Positions 58,974-64,000 of a stretch of DNA of 64,000 bases are shown piece after piece. How positions within the stretch are numbered: the first letter of the stretch is position 1; each line of letters opens with the position of its first letter. Under the pieces are notes generated by a model that was given only the letters and a program-made list of their open reading frames with translations, did no database searches and was not told where the DNA came from. A program made the translations under genes and the position numbers. This stretch comes from a candidate division FCPU426 bacterium (GTDB lineage: Bacteria > Oederibacteriota > PGYV01 > Palsa-1178), in the NCBI GenBank assembly GCA_963840035.1, contig CAWIXE010000002.1, forward strand, positions 1,152,001 to 1,216,000, given 5' to 3'.

Positions 58974-61900
58974 CTAATACACATTCCCCAAATTCCCGTT
59001 TTGCATCATGACGGCTATCTTTGCCGTTTTCCTCTCGAGCAGACCCTCTGAATTCCTGGAATTAATTACAGCCACATAGTATCCAGCCGCTATTGGTTCT
59101 TCCCCGTTGCTTGCCATGAGATTCCATGCCACACCGCCGTCCTCAAGCCTGGCTTTAAATTTCTTTACCTGCTCGCCTTGCAGGTTATAAATATATACAG
59201 TAACCCATCCTGTCCCGGTAAATGACCAGCCTATGTCTATGTGGTCTACCTTTGAAACCACAGGGCCCCTGTAAGGGTTTGGCATTATTTTCACATCGCC
59301 AAGCGAAGAGTCTATTCTTTCATTTAATATATTCACTGTCCTTGAACCCTGTATCATCCTTCCCGAGTGGTTGGTAAGGACGAATTGTATCTCATAAACG
59401 CCGTTGCCCACCCTGACCCCGAGGTCATTTTTCCCGTCCCAGTCTATAAAACTTCCGGGCGCGTATTCAATTGATACCGGATTGTCATTTTTACCAAAAC
59501 TTATATCTTCCTCAATCTTTAGCGTAAGTTCATCAGCAGCCGGATTATTCACCCTGATAGTCCTGACCGCCTCGCCTGCCGTGTTAAACACCTTCATCTC
59601 GACATATCTGTCAAGATGCAGCACGGTTATGTCTTTTATAAGGACCGTCACATGGTCATAAGTGTCTTTTTGCGATATCTGTATGTAATATTTTCCCTGC
59701 GACACCGGCTGGTTTGCTGTATTATCCGCCGCCCAGGTGAAAACGGTAAAACCGTCCTGTATGGTATCAGGCGTGCAAAGCCCCGGGAAATTTATCGAGA
59801 GCACTCCGCCGGGCCCGATTATGCTGTCAGCGGCCCCGCCGGTTGACATCCAGACGTTCTTCATGGCCGCGGTGCATGGCTCTTCGGCTATGAATTTAAC
59901 CAATTCCCCCGCCTCGTTATAGACGCCGATCTTTATCATGTACGGAAATGGCGGCTCAGTCGGCGTGATAGTCGGCGTATTAGTCACTGTCCTTGTGGCA
60001 GTCAGCGTGGGCGTATGCGTCCTTGTATCTGTCGGCGTCGCTGTTTCAGTCACGGTCTGGGTCGATGTCTTTGACATAGTCTGCGTGAATGTGAAAGACT
60101 CGGTAGGCGACGCGGTAAGCGTCGGCGTGGCGGTAAAAGTCGGCGTCATGGTTTTTGTATTTGTATCAGTCGGGGTCGACGTGCGCGTAAACTCGGGCGT
60201 ATGGGTAAATGTCGGCGTGTGGGTGGACGTGGACGTATATGTCGGCGTATCCGTGTTTGTGGGCGTGGGTGTGGCTGTATCGGTATATGTGGAAGTGGCG
60301 GTCCTGGTAGGCGTGGCAGTGCTTGTCGGTGAATATGTAGGGGTCACTGTGGGCGTGAATTCCGGCGAATTAGTATACGTAGGCGTCACCGACGGTGTGG
60401 CTGTCCTCGTGGCTGTCGCGGTATATGTGTCCGTGGCAGTCGGCGTGGCCGTCCTTGTGGCCGTGTCGGTGCTTGTCGGCGTATGCGTAGACGTTGCCGT
60501 AAATGTGAATATCACCGACTGCGTAAATGTCGGGGTCGCTGTCATGGTCGCGGTCTTAGTCGGCGTCGATGTCTTCGTGTCCGTGGCTGTATAAGTGTCT
60601 GAAGGCGTGGAAGTCAGCGTGTATGTCGAAGTTGCCGTCCTGGACGGCGTAGCCGTAAGAGTGTTTGTGTACGTGGAAGAAGGCGTATATGTCGGCGTAT
60701 TTGTCCTCGTTGAAGTGTATGTGGACGTCGGCGTATTTGTCTTCGTTGCCGTGGATGTGGGGGTATTGGTAGGCGTGCTGCAGAGCACTTTGAGCGATAC
60801 GATGTTTGAGTACACAGGCTGGCCTGAAGCGCCGTCTATGTACGCGCTGTTGGTTATGGCGGCCGGGTCCTGTGTGCAATCCACCCTGCCCCACCATGTA
60901 AGCGAACCCGTCTGGTTTGTAAGCGAACCCATATCCCATTTCACAGTCTGATTAGGCGCCGTGCCTGCCACAGTTGCCGCGCCTCCGGGGCCCGTTCCTG
61001 AACCAAGATACGTGATTCCCAGCGGCACAGTGTCCAGTACCACGGTATTCTCGCTTGAAGACCTTTCCTTATATATAGTAAAGTTATCGTATGAGTCCTT
61101 TACATCCTTTGAATTTCCTGTCTGCTCATTTACTCCCGGACGCCAGTCTTTATATGTCCCTGTCCCGTCGCAAATCCACGCGGCGTCTGAATTTAACAGG
61201 GGGTCTGTATAATCTATGTCCCAATTTGTCGGCTCAGAATCGCCCCTGGGCCATATCCTCGCCCTTATCCTCTGCCCTCCGCCGGAATTAGTAACCCAAA
61301 TCCTTACCCTGTACCATTTATTTGCCGACGGGTAGCCAATTGACGGCGCCGGACCGCCCGGAGTCACGCCGATGTAGGTACACGTCGTCCCGGCGCACTT
61401 CTGATACATTAAAAAACCGGGGGTTGGGGCTTCATCAATGGATACCACAATGCCTATTCCCTGCGCTGCTCCGCCGCTTTGCCCGTTATTCCTGATGACG
61501 ATCTGCCCGTCAGCCCCCGGGAACGTGCCCGGGTCGATCTTTATGTCAGAAACTATGATGCCTGTGCAGAACTGGTCGCTGTCAGCCGGAAGGTGCGGGG
61601 CCGCGCTGCCGTCATTTAAAAGCATTCCAGGATACATATCCGAAGCTCCGGTAAATACCCTGTCGCCGGTGCTAAAACCCGTGCACGGGTCTCCGACAGT
61701 CCAGGTTGTCGCGGCAGTGCCGCCCACCGGCATCCATCCGGCCGGCGCCCCTGACGGGCCGATATAATTACCCGCGGCTATGTCGTCAAACCCGCTGAAA
61801 CTTTTTAATATGTAACCATTAATGTCGTATGAAAGCGTATAAGTTATGGTGTCGCCGCTGTTTAAAACCGGGGCGCTTTCTGATTTTGTCAGGCTGACAG

Positions 61901-62864
61901 CCGTGGCGCCCGTTGTGACCGTGGCCGGAGGCGTGTCATAATTTGGCTGGCCGTTCATGGAGCCGTGGGCTATATTTGAATATGAACCCGATGGAACTCC
62001 TGTAACCGCGCACAGCATCCACACCGTGCCTTTTACAGAGCCATTGATGCCTGTCCTGTCCGGGAAAGTCCACGTGATAGTCCCCGCTGAATTCACAGCG
62101 CTTCCCGCAGGCGGCCCGGGGATTGTCTGCGGCCCCCATGAAATAAGTGTGAAGCCTGCCGGTACCGAGTCAACTATCTTAAAATTGCTGCCGTTTGCAT
62201 ATTCGTAATCCACCGAAAAGAGCACTTTGTCCCCTGCTGCCTGAAGCACTCCCTCATACCTTTTTGCTATCTTAAAATATGTCGGGAAGGTCGGGACATC
62301 CCAGCTTATTGCTTTTGCCTGGCATGCCGCAAGCGGCTGCGAACCCACAGGATCCCAGCTCTGCGCGCCTGAGAGGTAAGAATTTTTGGCGGCTGCGTGG
62401 ACATACAGTTTTGTCAGGTTACAGTTTGGGAAATTATCGGCATTGGGTATTTTTATGGTGTAATGAAGCCTGACCGTCCTTGACGGGTCTCCCGCGTTGC
62501 AGCCATTCGTGCATGGGGTGGGAGTAAGCGCCGGCAGCGACGAGAGCTGTACGAGGTTAGGGTCCTTGTATCCTATCTCGTCCTCGGATGATAAAAATGT
62601 AATCTTTTCCTTATTTACCCCATACTTGGTCACCATGAAAACCTGCCCGCCGCTGCCCGGGGTTGTCCTTACAGGAGATTGGCTTATGGCAAGGGCTATC
62701 TGAGCCTCATTATAATTATTCGTGCACATGTCAACATAGACATCGACAATCTGTCCGAACACAGGCTGGGCCGGGACCATTGTAATCCCTATTATCTCAG
62801 GTTCGGCAAATACAAATGCCGCCATAAGAAGGGACATAATTAAAAGCACAAGTTTTCTCAGCAT
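58974..62864 (-). CDS. Large secreted protein: DUF11-like/lectin-like N-region, (Thr-X)n stalk, triple Ig/FlgD/CTD-like tail
   Basis: Signal peptide; LTKSESAPVLNSGDTITYTLSY; about 280-aa Thr-alternating stalk; PFPYMIKIGVYNEAGELVK, WDGKNDLG, MPNPY. Confidence 0.85.
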   Translation of the reverse strand: MLRKLVLLIMSLLMAAFVFAEPEIIGITMVPAQPVFGQIVDVYVDMCTNNYNEAQIALAISQSPVRTTPGSGGQVFMVTKYGVNKEKITFLSSEDEIGYKDPNLVQLSSLPALTPTPCTNGCNAGDPSRTVRLHYTIKIPNADNFPNCNLTKLYVHAAAKNSYLSGAQSWDPVGSQPLAACQAKAISWDVPTFPTYFKIAKRYEGVLQAAGDKVLFSVDYEYANGSNFKIVDSVPAGFTLISWGPQTIPGPPAGSAVNSAGTITWTFPDRTGINGSVKGTVWMLCAVTGVPSGSYSNIAHGSMNGQPNYDTPPATVTTGATAVSLTKSESAPVLNSGDTITYTLSYDINGYILKSFSGFDDIAAGNYIGPSGAPAGWMPVGGTAATTWTVGDPCTGFSTGDRVFTGASDMYPGMLLNDGSAAPHLPADSDQFCTGIIVSDIKIDPGTFPGADGQIVIRNNGQSGGAAQGIGIVVSIDEAPTPGFLMYQKCAGTTCTYIGVTPGGPAPSIGYPSANKWYRVRIWVTNSGGGQRIRARIWPRGDSEPTNWDIDYTDPLLNSDAAWICDGTGTYKDWRPGVNEQTGNSKDVKDSYDNFTIYKERSSSENTVVLDTVPLGITYLGSGTGPGGAATVAGTAPNQTVKWDMGSLTNQTGSLTWWGRVDCTQDPAAITNSAYIDGASGQPVYSNIVSLKVLCSTPTNTPTSTATKTNTPTSTYTSTRTNTPTYTPSSTYTNTLTATPSRTATSTYTLTSTPSDTYTATDTKTSTPTKTATMTATPTFTQSVIFTFTATSTHTPTSTDTATRTATPTATDTYTATATRTATPSVTPTYTNSPEFTPTVTPTYSPTSTATPTRTATSTYTDTATPTPTNTDTPTYTSTSTHTPTFTHTPEFTRTSTPTDTNTKTMTPTFTATPTLTASPTESFTFTQTMSKTSTQTVTETATPTDTRTHTPTLTATRTVTNTPTITPTEPPFPYMIKIGVYNEAGELVKFIAEEPCTAAMKNVWMSTGGAADSIIGPGGVLSINFPGLCTPDTIQDGFTVFTWAADNTANQPVSQGKYYIQISQKDTYDHVTVLIKDITVLHLDRYVEMKVFNTAGEAVRTIRVNNPAADELTLKIEEDISFGKNDNPVSIEYAPGSFIDWDGKNDLGVRVGNGVYEIQFVLTNHSGRMIQGSRTVNILNERIDSSLGDVKIMPNPYRGPVVSKVDHIDIGWSFTGTGWVTVYIYNLQGEQVKKFKARLEDGGVAWNLMASNGEEPIAAGYYVAVINSRNSEGLLERKTAKIAVMMQNGNLGNVY
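59950..60780 (-). repeat. Low-complexity (Thr-X)n coding repeat
   Basis: TPTxT/TATPT/TSTHT variants with 6-nt periodicity. Confidence 0.85.
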
Positions 62865-62934
62865 GTTCTCCCTTTCGTTGTTAACCGTTTAAATATATGG
62901 ACAAAAAAAATGAGGTTTAGTTCCTCACCAAAAT

Positions 62935-62963
62935 AGTATATTTTACAATTATAAACGTGTCAA
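62935..62963 (-). promoter_or_regulatory. Sigma70-type promoter
   Basis: TTGACA (62963-62958), 17 nt, TATACT (62940-62935). Confidence 0.7.
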
Positions 62964-63026
62964 TTGGTATAAACCGAATGGTTTCTCAATGCGGAACAAA
63001 AAATTGAAAGGGTTCAATGAAGGCGA

Positions 63027-63150
63027 ATTTTCGATTTTCAATTTTAAATTTTCAATTAAAGTCAAAATGCCGTACTTATAAACCAAAAACGCCCGCATCC
63101 GGGCGTTTTTGGTTTATATAATTGAAAATCGAAAATTCAAAATTGGAAAT
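63027..63150. repeat. ATTTTNN heptamer inverted-array element, copy 5 (encloses a terminator)
   Basis: Arms at 63027-63060 and 63117-63150. The right arm abuts the TAA stop at 63150-63152. Confidence 0.85.
63077..63118 (-). terminator. Intrinsic terminator
   Basis: tataaaccaaaaacgcccg-catc-cgggcgtttttggtttata. Confidence 0.85.
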
Positions 63151-64000
63151 TATTTCTTACTCACTATCGCCATCTTCAGGGTCTTCATTTCTATGACGCC
63201 CTTTTCATTTTTGGATTCAAATAACACGACATATTTGCCGTCTGCCGCCTTTTCACCGCTTACGGTCTTTAAGTCCCAGCGGACAAATGTCTCTGAGAGC
63301 CTGCACTTGAACTCCTTGACTTTTTCGCCTGCCATGTTATATATCGCTATTTTTATTTCACCGGGGGATGCCGTTATCCAGCTGAAAGTTATCACCTTGT
63401 TAACGGATTTGCCCTTGAAATACGGGTTTGGCGATATCATGATGCTGTTGAGGAATTTGTCCTTTACATGCAGCACGGTAACGGCTTTTGACTCCACCTT
63501 AGTCCTGCCCTGGTTATTCACAAGGTTAACCTGTATCTCGTATACGCCGTTATCCACCGCGATCCCCTGCTCGTTATTCCCGTCCCACTTGACATAATCT
63601 GTGAGGTTGTTTCCATATGTAATGGTTACATCGGTGTACACCTTGTCAAAACCATAGTAAGTCGGAACTTTTAGCGAGATATTTGACGGCGAGAGCGTCT
63701 TATACTCTTTCATCAGCTTTACCAGTTCGCCCGCGCTGTTATAAATGTCTATCTCAACATATTCCCTGACGTCAATGGTGGTTATGGTCTTTATCAGCAC
63801 GTTAGTATGCGCATATTTGTCCACCTGCTCGAACTTGATGTAATACAGTCCGTTCCCCGTGGGCTGGTTGGCGTCGGTTATGGAATCCCATGTGAAAGTG
63901 GTGCCGCCGACGCCCTGTCCTATGTTCTCAGGCGTCAGTACGCCGGGCAGGTATATGCTCAGAGGATTATCGCTTGATATCATATTTACGTTATTTACGC
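63150..64000 (-). CDS. 3' end of another secreted protein with the triple Ig/FlgD/CTD-like tail (starts beyond the window)
   Basis: YYIKFEQVDKYAHTNVLIKTI, IYNSAGELVK, WDGNNEQG..V.NGVYE, ISPNPY...IYNMAGEKVK; homologous to the tails of 53855-56233 and 58974-62864. Confidence 0.85.
   Translation of the reverse strand, partial: VNNVNMISSDNPLSIYLPGVLTPENIGQGVGGTTFTWDSITDANQPTGNGLYYIKFEQVDKYAHTNVLIKTITTIDVREYVEIDIYNSAGELVKLMKEYKTLSPSNISLKVPTYYGFDKVYTDVTITYGNNLTDYVKWDGNNEQGIAVDNGVYEIQVNLVNNQGRTKVESKAVTVLHVKDKFLNSIMISPNPYFKGKSVNKVITFSWITASPGEIKIAIYNMAGEKVKEFKCRLSETFVRWDLKTVSGEKAADGKYVVLFESKNEKGVIEMKTLKMAIVSKK

Noticed and set aside
59938..60951. Val-rich plus-strand ORFs (59938-60594, 60595-60951, also 55244-55465)
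   Set aside because: They are antisense shadows of the (Thr-X)n repeats: ACN codons read as Val-rich on the other strand.

Overview
Bacterial genomic window, roughly mid-GC by eye, with almost all genes on the minus strand. The Pro/Thr-repeat secreted proteins with FlgD/T9SS-like tails, the PorV-like barrel and the GT-C/PA14 fusions suggest an uncultured diderm anaerobe such as Ca. Goldbacteria or a relative (inference only). From left to right: (1) a threonine operon, hom-thrC-TPR-apgM-lysC, with no thrB; (2) a two-gene minimal Suf (SufC/SufB, SMS-type) system; (3) an orphan resembling a degenerate AAA+ domain, a PorV-like barrel fused to FN3, and a secreted protein with a T9SS-CTD-like tail; (4) two tandem radical SAM/SPASM paralogs and an NHL propeller; (5) a ~38 kb surface-glycosylation locus containing rfbFGH, a ThDP enzyme, a DRE-TIM aldolase, an SDR, an AroB-like cyclase, epimerases, GtrA, three GT2, two GT87-like and three GT39/ArnT-PA14 membrane transferases (one doubly frameshifted), plus an AT-rich asnB/CapK/DUF362/GT4/methyltransferase insert; (6) four large secreted proteins with DUF11-like domains and/or (Thr-X)n stalks, three of them sharing a triple Ig/FlgD/CTD-like tail. 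The most distinctive non-coding signal is a set of intergenic elements built from a short tandem array facing its own inverted copy across a variable spacer. There are five copies of an ATTTTNN heptamer family (three arms are 33/33 identical up to 53 kb apart), one AGTTTNN heptamer element and one nonamer element. I recognised no rRNA, tRNA, CRISPR array, transposase or integrase.
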